NCBI GenBank assembly: GCA_028875245.1
Contig: JAPPEU010000033.1
Location: 24,992-88,991 of the forward strand
Length of the DNA: 64,000 nt
Source: Chloroflexota bacterium
GTDB taxonomy: Bacteria > Chloroflexota > Anaerolineae > Aggregatilineales > Phototrophicaceae
Reading direction: 5' to 3'
Shown: positions 9,601-17,835 of the stretch, one piece after another
Layout of the letters: the number at the start of each line of letters is the position of its first letter
Numbering within the stretch: the stretch's first letter is position 1
Notes under the pieces: generated by a model
What the model was told of the DNA's origin: nothing
The model's database searches: none
Seen by the model: the letters and a program-made list of their open reading frames with translations, nothing else
Made by a program: the position numbers and the translations under genes

Positions 9601-9878
9601 GGTAATGGCGGGTGGGCGAGTCACCGCCTCGCCCCTACGAATTACAATTGTGGCGATAGCGGTAATGGCGGGTGGGCGGGACAAGTCTCGTCCCTACGGA
9701 TTACCAATTGTGGCGAGCGCCGTAATGGCGGGTGGGCGAGACAAGTCTCGTCCCTACGAATTACAATTGTGGCGATAGCGGTAATGGCGGGTGGGCGAGT
9801 CACCGCCTCGCCCCTACGATTACGATTGTGGCGAGCGCCGTAATGGCGGGTGGGCGAGACAAGTCTCGTCCCTACAGA
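9601..9878. repeat. five-unit tandem array of ~60-bp hairpin-containing repeats
   Basis: Units start at 9601, 9661, 9721, 9780 and 9839. Each has GTAATGGCGGGTGGGCGAG-loop-CTCG(C/T)CCCTACGAATTACAATTGTGGCGA. Two loop/tail variants are mixed between units. Confidence 0.85.
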
Positions 9879-9969
9879 TGGTGAAATCGGCCTATATGTA
9901 AACAAATAGTCGCCCTTTGACGCGCGCGGGATGCTAGCCTGCGCGGAGACAAATCGAAGGAGCGACCCA

Positions 9970-11382
9970 ATGTTCAACTGGCTCACCGACTTTTTCCACA
10001 CTCGCCGCGACAAACTGCGCCCGCGCGCGCCCCACATCGAACGGGTGGCGGCGCAAAACCGCTACGCCCTCAATCCGCCGCTCGATATCCACAGCGCCCG
10101 CGTTTACGAAGGCTCGCCCTGGGTCTACGTCGCCATCAACCGCATCGCCGAAGCCGGCGCCCTCGTGCCGCTCAAGGTTTATCGGCTGGCCGGCGAAAAG
10201 CGCATCGGCATTGAGAATCACCCGCTGGAGACGCTGCTGAACGCGCCCAATCCGTTGACCAGCCGTTTCGAGCTTTTCGAGCAGACGATCGGCTCGCTGG
10301 AATTGCAGGGCAACGCTTACTGGTTCCTGGCGGGCGATGAGCGCGGACAGCCGCGCGAGATCTGGCTGCTGCGGCCGGACCGCGTCACGATCGTCCCCCA
10401 TGAGCGGCGCATCGTCGCCGGTTACCTCTATGAGATCAACGGCGAGCGCATCCCGCTGGACGCCCTGGAAGTGCTGCATTTTCGGCGCTGGCATCCGGCG
10501 GACGACTTCTACGGCCTCTCGCCCATCGCGGCGGCGCGCGGCGCAGTGCTCAGCGACCGGCACATGGCCGACTGGAACCGCAACACCTTCGGCCAGGACA
10601 ATGGCGTGCCGGCCGGCATCGTCAATATCAAGGACTTCATCAGCGACACCGACTTCGAGCGGGTCAAGCGCGAATGGCGGGGCAACTATGGCGGCGCGGC
10701 GCGGCGGACCGCTTTCCTGCGCGGCGGCGCCATGGAATGGCAGCACATCGGCTTGAGCCACAGCGATCTCGATTTCCTGCAGGGCCGGCGGGCCCAGCGC
10801 GACGAGATCCTCAACATCTTCGGCATCCCGGTCGGCCTGGTCAGCGAGAACGCCACCGAAGCCAACGCGGTAGTCGCCGAGCGCCAATTCATCGAGCGCA
10901 CGCTCTGGCCCAAGCTGGCGCGCATCGCCCAGAAGATCACGCAGGATTTGCTGCCCTTCTACGGCGCGGACCTGGTCGCCGAATACGATGACATCCGCCC
11001 GACCGACGCCCAAGCGCGCCTGGCAGAGATTCGCACGGCCTACCCGCTGCTGAGCATCAACGAGCTGCGCGCGCAATACTTCCAGCTGCCGCCGGTGGAA
11101 TGGGGCGATGTGGCGGTAAGCCCTCACTCCCCGCTTAACCCCGCTCTAAATCTCCCCCCGACGCATCAGGGGGAGACTTCCGTCGCCAAGTCCGTGCTGG
11201 ACGAGCTGGCGCAGTGGGAGCGGTTCGCGCTGAATCGGCTGGAGCGGGCGGAGCCGGGGAGACCGTTTGAAGTGACGTCGCTGCCGGACGAACTGGCTTT
11301 CGAGGTCAGCGCCGGGCTGCTGTTCGCGCGCGATCGGGAGAGTGTGAAGTCGGTGTTTGCTGGGGTTAGGGCGGGGCTTTAA
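9970..11382 (+). CDS. phage portal protein, HK97 family (orphan)
   Basis: GAAGGAG RBS before the ATG at 9970. The N-terminal 'SPWVYVAINRIAEA...', 'NPLTSRFELFEQTIGSLELQGNAYWF' and 'FGIPVGL' regions are typical of HK97-type portals. Confidence 0.8.
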   Translation: MFNWLTDFFHTRRDKLRPRAPHIERVAAQNRYALNPPLDIHSARVYEGSPWVYVAINRIAEAGALVPLKVYRLAGEKRIGIENHPLETLLNAPNPLTSRFELFEQTIGSLELQGNAYWFLAGDERGQPREIWLLRPDRVTIVPHERRIVAGYLYEINGERIPLDALEVLHFRRWHPADDFYGLSPIAAARGAVLSDRHMADWNRNTFGQDNGVPAGIVNIKDFISDTDFERVKREWRGNYGGAARRTAFLRGGAMEWQHIGLSHSDLDFLQGRRAQRDEILNIFGIPVGLVSENATEANAVVAERQFIERTLWPKLARIAQKITQDLLPFYGADLVAEYDDIRPTDAQARLAEIRTAYPLLSINELRAQYFQLPPVEWGDVAVSPHSPLNPALNLPPTHQGETSVAKSVLDELAQWERFALNRLERAEPGRPFEVTSLPDELAFEVSAGLLFARDRESVKSVFAGVRAGL

Positions 11383-11387
11383 GTTTT

Positions 11388-11433
11388 TTTCACCACAGAG
11401 GACGCTGAGGCAACACAGAGAACACAGAGGGAT
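11388..11433. repeat. octamer-repeat module (TTCACCACAGAGG...CACAGAGGG)
   Basis: Directly follows the portal stop codon. Same family as 15447, 19229, 39942, 43196. Confidence 0.7.
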
Positions 11434-11446
11434 TAAGGTTATGTCG

Positions 11447-11674
11447 TTATGTCTCACATTTGTATTCGCGCTCAATCTGGCGCAGAGCTTCGCGCGCGGG
11501 CATCACATCGCCATTTTTCATCTGAATCAGGCTGACGCGCAAGTCTTCCAGAAACTCGGCTTGCGCTTCGGTAAGCTCCGACGATTCCGACCCGGTCGAC
11601 TCGCGTGTCGTGGGCGCCGATGACCCGTTGGCTCTTATGTGGCGCGGATGCCGGTCTGACTCATTGACTTTCAT
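11447..11674 (-). CDS. small hypothetical protein (75 aa), last gene of the low-GC module
   Basis: ORF begins 12 nt after the XRE-ImmA stop. The C-terminal 'EFLEDLRVSLIQMKNGDVMPAREAL' resembles antitoxin-type helices, but no family could be assigned. Confidence 0.4.
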   Translation of the reverse strand: MKVNESDRHPRHIRANGSSAPTTRESTGSESSELTEAQAEFLEDLRVSLIQMKNGDVMPAREALRQIEREYKCET

Positions 11675-11686
11675 TTCAAGTCTACA

Positions 11687-12793
11687 TCACATCTCTATTG
11701 AAGCGTCTGAGCCACCCCATGTTCCAAACTGAACATCGGCTCCGGGAAACTTGATAACCTTTCGCGGATAATACCACTCGTAGAAATATTTCAGATGCAC
11801 TCTCAACAGCGTTGCCAACTCCTGGTCGCTATAACCAAGTTTTTCCTTGTGAGCGTCGAGTATTCTCTTGACAAGGCTTGGTGTCTCATGCGGTATAGGA
11901 AACGGCTCGTTCTTACGATACCCAAGCCTACTCAACTGCTGAAACAATGACCGATATCTGGTTTCCTTAATGATTTTAAGGTCCTTGGCTCGGAAAATCA
12001 AACATGCCATCGACACCTTCCAATGCGGTTTAAGCTCTAGCATATGCTGCAGCGAAACTGGTGCTAATTCTTCAGAAATGTCGTTCGCCGGCAAAAGGAA
12101 AGCGGAAGCAAACCGGTCAGCTTCTTTTTCCATATTCTTGTAGGGTTCAATGCCACGGTGCATAACCAAATGTCCGAGCGCATGCGCTAGTGAAAACCTT
12201 AGTCGATCTGCCGGACTACTGCTGTTGACAAGGATTATCGGAGGCGCTGGCGGAATCCATTGGACGACCTCATCAATTTTTTCAGTCTCGAAATCCCACT
12301 TGAATACTAGACATGACGCTTGTTCGAGCCAGCCAATTAAGTTGTTTACCGGACCCGTCGGCATTTGCCACAGCGCCCGCACGGTAGAGGCAATCTCTTC
12401 AATATCGTCGAATTCATCAACGGATATGGAGGGTATATACGACGCGGACTCTGGCCTGAATGCCTTTAGTAACTGTTCACTACTAATGCGAAAAAGGTTT
12501 ACCAACCCATCAATTCGTTTGAGATCTCTTGTCCGCACCGTACGACGGCTTCGATGAAATATTTCGCTGGTTCCAGCGCCGTAGCGTGTGCCAACCTGCA
12601 GAAAGAACTCCGGCGGAAATTCCAATACAGCAGCCAAAGATTCAAGGTCGGCCTCGCCAACTTCGGAGACGCCGCCTTCAAATCTGGAAATCTTCGCTTG
12701 TCTAATATCGCTGTTTTCAGCGAGCTTTGACTGTGTCAGCCCTCGGATTTCGCGCGCAAGCGTTATCATCTCTGGGTTGACGCTTTGTCGCAT
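11687..12793 (-). CDS. XRE-family HTH fused to an ImmA/IrrE (M78-like) domain with HEXXH changed to HALGH
   Basis: N-terminal 'LAREIRGLTQSKLAENSDIRQAKISRFEGG' HTH. C-terminal 'FSLAHALGHLVMH' and 'EKEADRFASAFLLP' are characteristic of COG2856/ImmA. Confidence 0.8.
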   Translation of the reverse strand: MRQSVNPEMITLAREIRGLTQSKLAENSDIRQAKISRFEGGVSEVGEADLESLAAVLEFPPEFFLQVGTRYGAGTSEIFHRSRRTVRTRDLKRIDGLVNLFRISSEQLLKAFRPESASYIPSISVDEFDDIEEIASTVRALWQMPTGPVNNLIGWLEQASCLVFKWDFETEKIDEVVQWIPPAPPIILVNSSSPADRLRFSLAHALGHLVMHRGIEPYKNMEKEADRFASAFLLPANDISEELAPVSLQHMLELKPHWKVSMACLIFRAKDLKIIKETRYRSLFQQLSRLGYRKNEPFPIPHETPSLVKRILDAHKEKLGYSDQELATLLRVHLKYFYEWYYPRKVIKFPGADVQFGTWGGSDASIEM

Positions 12794-12805
12794 CGTACGA
12801 CCCTT

Positions 12806-13492
12806 TCAGCTTGAGTCCTTGTAAGAATCCTCCTCAGCATCATTATATGTTGGTTTGATAGGAGGTACAGGGGGAAGTGACTCGAAGTTATCCGTTGCAT
12901 CTGACGCAGGTGGTACTTGCAGAGTTAGCTTCGCAATGATTCGCTGATCGTCTTGTTCAATCAAATGCAAGGCAATTATTAGACCCTCTAATTTCTCGTA
13001 GTACAAGCCATAGTGGCGCTGGTGACTAAGAGGCGGTTCAAGTGAAAAGATTTTCGGCTCAATCTCCGCAATAGACAGTGCAAGTTGTATATGGCTAGCC
13101 GTCTGAGATGGAAAATCGCTAGTGCCTGCTCGTTTTGAGCGTTTTATGGTTTCGGGCGCGGGCAGAGGCGAGTTGTCGCGACCAATTCCCTCTTCCGGAA
13201 AGTGCCTGATATAAAGGCTGATTATATCGTCAAGTATGACGCGCAGGATTTTTCTCGGGCCCGACTTGACTCTCGCGCTGCTGGAAACCGCAAATTGTAT
13301 ACGCAAGCCGTCGGTGAAGAACACTCTGCAATAGTTTCCTTGATGCCACGCGTCTCTGTGGTCATGTGTATTGGGGTCAGCACTGCGGTCTTCAGTGATC
13401 TTCCCATTTGCATATATCGCTGCCAGAATCAAGTCAGGCCCGATCCGCGCGGCGATTAGTTGCATTTCTTTGTTCGGCGGTATTTCTGACAT
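12806..13492 (-). CDS. hypothetical protein (228 aa), no recognisable domain
   Basis: GAGG RBS before the ATG at 13492 (track ORF extends to 13522). It stops 12 nt before the XRE-ImmA start. Low GC. AT-rich promoter-like region upstream. Confidence 0.55.
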   Translation of the reverse strand: MSEIPPNKEMQLIAARIGPDLILAAIYANGKITEDRSADPNTHDHRDAWHQGNYCRVFFTDGLRIQFAVSSSARVKSGPRKILRVILDDIISLYIRHFPEEGIGRDNSPLPAPETIKRSKRAGTSDFPSQTASHIQLALSIAEIEPKIFSLEPPLSHQRHYGLYYEKLEGLIIALHLIEQDDQRIIAKLTLQVPPASDATDNFESLPPVPPIKPTYNDAEEDSYKDSS

Positions 13493-13665
13493 ATCGCTTA
13501 CCTCTGGCCGTCCTAGTTCCAAGAAACTCTATCCGAAATTGTCAATAAATGATAATAAATTACTCACGAGCTTATATTTCCTCGATTATGCTGCAATTTA
13601 TCCTTGAGAGCAAGTGTAACATTCTCTGGCACCTGTGTCAAGCGAAGGGAATCCAGATTACCCCA

Positions 13666-15393
13666 TCAAATCAAATCCCGCTGACTCTCCCCATCCTCAC
13701 TAACGCTACCCCCCTTCCACCTACTTGCCCGCTGATGCGTCCCATGCTGCGGCGGCATCGCCACGCCCGCGCCGTCGAACAGATCCCCAATCGTCAAGAT
13801 CTGGGTGCGCCGATACTTCTTCCCCCAAGTCCGCGACTCGTACCAGCCGGCCGCCAGCGCCTCTTTGATCATCGCCTGCGTCGGCCGCTCCAGCGTGATG
13901 AAGACGCCGATAGCCGCCCCCTCGCGCTCGACCGTGCCTTTCAAGTCGCGGATTTGCCCCGCATTCACTTTACCCGACTTGACCTGCAGGACCACCTTCC
14001 GCGCTTTCTTCACCCCCTTCTCGTCTTCATCGAAGAAGTTGATGACGCCGTCGATGCCTTGGTCCGCGCCTTTCTTGCCTTTGCGCGAGCCCGCCGAGCC
14101 GCCCACCGGTTTCGCTTGCAGCAGCGAAAGCGCCCACCATTCGAATTGGTAGCGGCCTTCGTTGGCGGAATCCCGCGCCAGTTCGCGCGCGCCTTCCACC
14201 GTCGCTGGCTCGCCGATGACCGCGTAATCGACGCCCGAGACCAGCTCGAACATATCGGCCAGGCGATACTTCTGCAGGGCGATGGACAGGTGGGTGATGT
14301 CGATGCCGATCCAGGCCCGTCCCAGCTTGTGCGCCGCGGCGATGGCGGTGCCACAGCCACAGAAGGGATCAAGGACGACATCGTCTTCGTCCGACGAGGC
14401 GCGGATGATGCGCTCGAGCAGGGCTTCGGGTTTCTGCGTCGGGTAGCCGAGGCGCTCTTTGGCGTGTGGCGACAAGCGGTCAATATCGGTCCATAGATTC
14501 TGTACTGGAACGCCGGGCATTTCATGCAGATATTGCTTGAAGTGAGGTACGCTACCCTTTGGAGGCCAATAGATGTAGCCGTTTTCGTCCAGCAAGTCCA
14601 GCCGTTCCGCCACAGACCAAGACAGCGCTTCTTCGCCCCCTAATTGACGGATTATTCGCTTTGGTACACTCCAGCTTCGACCGCTTGTAGTCGGGCTATA
14701 ACCGCGCCATGTGGAACCGGAATCGCCAAGGCTGATTTTAGGTCCTGTCAGAGTTACCGCACGATAGCGTCCACGATCATCCTCGTATCGAAAGAACTTG
14801 CGAATATATTCCTCAGAATACTCTGTGTATTGAGTATTCCACAGGAAATCATCATTTTTGCTGTAGAACAAAATCGTGTCTGTGATTCGCCCATATCGCA
14901 TAGGGTCATTGTGCGCATAAGTACGCTTCCAAATCACCTCGTTGCGGTAATTCGACCCGCCGAAAATCGTGTCCAAAATGATCTTGAGATAATGGCTGGC
15001 GGTCGGATCGCAGTGCAGATACAAGCTCCCGGTCGGCTTCAAGACCCGATACAGCTCGACCAGCCGCGCCGTCATCATCACCAGGTAGGCCATCATCTGG
15101 TTGCGCTCGATCAGGTTCATCAGCGCTTCGATGGCGGTGGCGACCTTGTGCGGCGCGTCCACGATGATGTCGTCATAGGTCGCTTCGGCCGTCTCGCCCC
15201 AATGCCAGGTGTCCTCGAAGGCGGTGATCTGCGCTTCGCTGTCGGCGCCGCTTTCCGATTTGAAAAGCACGTTGTAATTGCGGTTGCTGTTGAAGGGCGG
15301 GTCAAGGTAGATGAGGTCGACGCATTCGTCCGGGAAGTACTCACGGCTGCGCAGGATTTCCAGGTTGTCGCCGTAATAAAGCCGGTTCTTCAT
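13666..15393 (-). CDS. beta-class N6/N4 DNA methyltransferase fused to a C-terminal Mrr-like (PD-(D/E)xK) nuclease-fold domain
   Basis: 'IYLDPPFNSN' (motif IV) is N-terminal and 'VLDPFCGCGTA' (motif I) is later. The C-terminal 'GADQGIDGVI...VVLQVKSGK' resembles the Mrr catalytic core. Confidence 0.85.
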   Translation of the reverse strand: MKNRLYYGDNLEILRSREYFPDECVDLIYLDPPFNSNRNYNVLFKSESGADSEAQITAFEDTWHWGETAEATYDDIIVDAPHKVATAIEALMNLIERNQMMAYLVMMTARLVELYRVLKPTGSLYLHCDPTASHYLKIILDTIFGGSNYRNEVIWKRTYAHNDPMRYGRITDTILFYSKNDDFLWNTQYTEYSEEYIRKFFRYEDDRGRYRAVTLTGPKISLGDSGSTWRGYSPTTSGRSWSVPKRIIRQLGGEEALSWSVAERLDLLDENGYIYWPPKGSVPHFKQYLHEMPGVPVQNLWTDIDRLSPHAKERLGYPTQKPEALLERIIRASSDEDDVVLDPFCGCGTAIAAAHKLGRAWIGIDITHLSIALQKYRLADMFELVSGVDYAVIGEPATVEGARELARDSANEGRYQFEWWALSLLQAKPVGGSAGSRKGKKGADQGIDGVINFFDEDEKGVKKARKVVLQVKSGKVNAGQIRDLKGTVEREGAAIGVFITLERPTQAMIKEALAAGWYESRTWGKKYRRTQILTIGDLFDGAGVAMPPQHGTHQRASRWKGGSVSEDGESQRDLI

Positions 15394-15446
15394 GGGCGTA
15401 TCTCTTTAGCCAAGCCAGTGTCGCCAGTATAGCATAGCGACAGCCC

Positions 15447-15477
15447 CTCTCTGTGCCCTCTGTGCCTCTGTGGTGAA
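15447..15477. repeat. octamer-repeat module CTCTGTGCCCTCTGTGCCTCTGTGGTGAA
   Basis: Identical core to 19229..19259 and 39942..39972. Confidence 0.75.
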
Positions 15478-15586
15478 AAATCAAATCAGATTCCACCCAT
15501 GCGCCCCACACTCTACAGCATCGCCAATTCCGCGACCATCGGTTAGAATCTGCGCGTCCGGCAAGTCATCGTTTACTACGACAAAC

Positions 15587-16435
15587 ATGGATTTAGACAT
15601 GTCCATCAACTACAACCTAAAGCGCCAACATCTCGACCGCGACGGCTTCTGCCTGCTCGAAGGCATCATCGACGAGACCATGCTGGAGCGGCTGCGGCGG
15701 GTCACCGACCGGGCGATTGCGCGGCAGGAGGCGGCTCATTTTGAGCGCAATCGCGCCCAGGGCAGCCTGATTCGCGTCACCGAAGAGCCATACATGGCGC
15801 GGCTCATCGCTTATCCGCCGATGCTGGCGGCGCTGGCGCGGCTCGGTTTCCCCGATCCCAAATGGGGCAGCGGCTTCATCATCAGCAAACCGCCGCATAG
15901 CCCGCCTCTCTTCTGGCATCAGGACGCGCGCTTTTGGAACGACCCCATCAGTTACACCGCGCGCGCGATTCAGTGCTTTCTGATGATCTATCTGGTGGAT
16001 ACGACGCCGCATAACGGCTGTCTGCGGCTGATCCCCGGCTCGCATTTGAAGCGTCACCGGCTGCATGACGCCCTGCCCGACGCGCATGAGGAGACGCTGA
16101 GCCGCGCTGATGATATGGCGCAGTTGGCTTTTCAGCGGGCCGAGGGCGAGGTTGATGTGCCGGTGAAGGCGGGCGATGTGGTCATGGGCAGCGCGCGGCT
16201 GCTGCATGCGGCGCATGGCAACCAGAGCGATCGGCGCCGCAGCAATATCACGCTCTGGTATTATCCCGATTTCGCCAGTCTGCCCGAATCGATACAAGCC
16301 TATCTGGCGGAGGGAGACTGGCCCGCCGAGTGGCAGGCGGGAAATCAGGACTTGCTCGAGCCCCTGCGGCCTGTGTACGCGGGTGATGCCGAGCCGATCA
16401 CGCTTAATCGGAAGCCGGGACCCGAGCTGCGTTAA
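15587..16435 (+). CDS. phytanoyl-CoA dioxygenase (PhyH) family Fe(II)/2-oxoglutarate oxygenase
   Basis: 'FWHQDARFW', 'RLIPGSH' and 'LLHAAHGN' form an H-x-D...H facial-triad pattern. Confidence 0.8.
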   Translation: MDLDMSINYNLKRQHLDRDGFCLLEGIIDETMLERLRRVTDRAIARQEAAHFERNRAQGSLIRVTEEPYMARLIAYPPMLAALARLGFPDPKWGSGFIISKPPHSPPLFWHQDARFWNDPISYTARAIQCFLMIYLVDTTPHNGCLRLIPGSHLKRHRLHDALPDAHEETLSRADDMAQLAFQRAEGEVDVPVKAGDVVMGSARLLHAAHGNQSDRRRSNITLWYYPDFASLPESIQAYLAEGDWPAEWQAGNQDLLEPLRPVYAGDAEPITLNRKPGPELR

Positions 16436-17813
16436 GCGCGTACAATGTCGCCTTCTGAAACTCAAATACTAGCCGCAGCGTTTGGCCGGCGAGCTCGGCC
16501 GGGTCGCGCTCCCGCCAGCGCAATGGACAGCGCGCCCCGCCCTGCTTGATGGCGCGGCAATCGGCCATGCCGAAGCCGCTCACTTCCGCGCCGCCGGCAT
16601 CCATGATCATGGCGCGGATTGAGCCGCCCGGCTTGATGTCCGCGTTGACGCTCAGCCCGTCGCCGCGCAGCAGCAGGGGAGTCGTCTCGAGCCGCGCTGT
16701 TTGCTGCGGGTCGTCGGGAATATAGCCGGCCCAGCGGTCGATGGCCAGCGTCGCCAGGTTGAGCGAGCCTTCACGCCAGTTGTTGTGCAGGCCGTTGCTC
16801 CCGCCGTAGTAGATGAAAATCGCCCCGTCGTGGACGAAGGGCGCGGCGGCATAGACGCAGCCACAATCATGCTCGCCGTCGGGGTAGCTGCCGGCGCCAC
16901 GCGGAATCAGCGGCTGGCCCGGGCAGATGCGCTCCCAGTTGACGCTATCGACGCTGAAAGCCAATTCAGTGTCGACCGTATCCCAATCGGCGGCGCTCTC
17001 GTCGCCCTTGTGGAAAATAGACGGCAGGCCGATGGTCAGGTCGCCATAGCGGCAGATGGGCATGGAATAGATTTGGTCATGAGCGTCAGCGCCGCGCATG
17101 ATCTCGGCCGGCTCTGTCCAGTTGATGAAGTCCTCGCTTTCGCTGCGCAGGACGGTGCGGATGCCGGCCGACCAGCCGCGCGTGATGCAGATGTAGCGCT
17201 CAAGCGCGGGCGACCAGATGGCGTTGTTGTGGCAATCGCCGACGGCGTCATGCGCGCCCCAGAGAACGGGCTGCGACCAGCGGAGGCCATCCGCGGAGAA
17301 GCAGGTCGCCATACGCCGCGCCCGCGCATTGCGATGGATGAATTTGTAGCGCCGGGCCGGGTCGGGCTCGCGCGCGTCTTTGAGGACGCCGCCGGCATGG
17401 AGCCCGTGACTGCGCCGGCGCATGACCAGGTTGTTGGCCGTCGAGCCCTCGAAATCAATGAGCCCGAGCGCCGGTTTCTCCCAGTGGATGCCGTCGGATG
17501 AAATGGCGTAGAGCAGGCCCTCTTCGCGCTCGGATTCGCCGTAGGATTGATGCGGTCGCTGGGGCGGGGCTGTGCGATTGGACAAGCCGTCATAGATGAA
17601 GGCTTTGTACCAGCACTTGAAGAGGCCGTCTTCAGGGTCGTAGATGACGTTGGGGTAGACGTTGTCCAGGCGCGCTTCCCAGGGCTTGGGCGGCTCAGCG
17701 AAGGACTCCTCGACGAAGAGCGGATTGGCTGAGTGCTTCTGGACCGCGCCGAGCTTGAGCTTGGCGTTGGGAGTGGAGGCCACGATGCGCGAGTCAAGCA
17801 GTAGACGCGCCAT
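16404..17813 (-). CDS. beta-propeller glycoside-hydrolase-like protein (GH32/43/130-like fold) with C-terminal beta-sandwich
   Basis: Repeated 'W..P' blade motifs ('DGIHWEKPALG', 'DGLRWSQP', 'INWTEP', 'VNWERI'). The C-terminal 'LRLVFEFQKATLYAL' is typical of the sandwich domain of such hydrolases. The exact family was not determined. Confidence 0.5.
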   Translation of the reverse strand: MARLLLDSRIVASTPNAKLKLGAVQKHSANPLFVEESFAEPPKPWEARLDNVYPNVIYDPEDGLFKCWYKAFIYDGLSNRTAPPQRPHQSYGESEREEGLLYAISSDGIHWEKPALGLIDFEGSTANNLVMRRRSHGLHAGGVLKDAREPDPARRYKFIHRNARARRMATCFSADGLRWSQPVLWGAHDAVGDCHNNAIWSPALERYICITRGWSAGIRTVLRSESEDFINWTEPAEIMRGADAHDQIYSMPICRYGDLTIGLPSIFHKGDESAADWDTVDTELAFSVDSVNWERICPGQPLIPRGAGSYPDGEHDCGCVYAAAPFVHDGAIFIYYGGSNGLHNNWREGSLNLATLAIDRWAGYIPDDPQQTARLETTPLLLRGDGLSVNADIKPGGSIRAMIMDAGGAEVSGFGMADCRAIKQGGARCPLRWRERDPAELAGQTLRLVFEFQKATLYALNAARVPASD

Positions 17814-17835
17814 CGTCATCAGCAATCTCTCGACC

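Noticed and set aside
9601-9878. Possible CRISPR array
   Set aside because: The whole ~60-bp unit is repeated and there are no unique spacers. The units are variants of the dispersed REP-type hairpin. No cas genes or leader are in the window.
15393-15587. Divergent shared regulatory region between the methyltransferase and the PhyH gene as evidence of functional linkage
   Set aside because: The spacer is mostly occupied by an octamer-repeat module. The GC content and predicted functions of the two genes differ, so adjacency is probably incidental.
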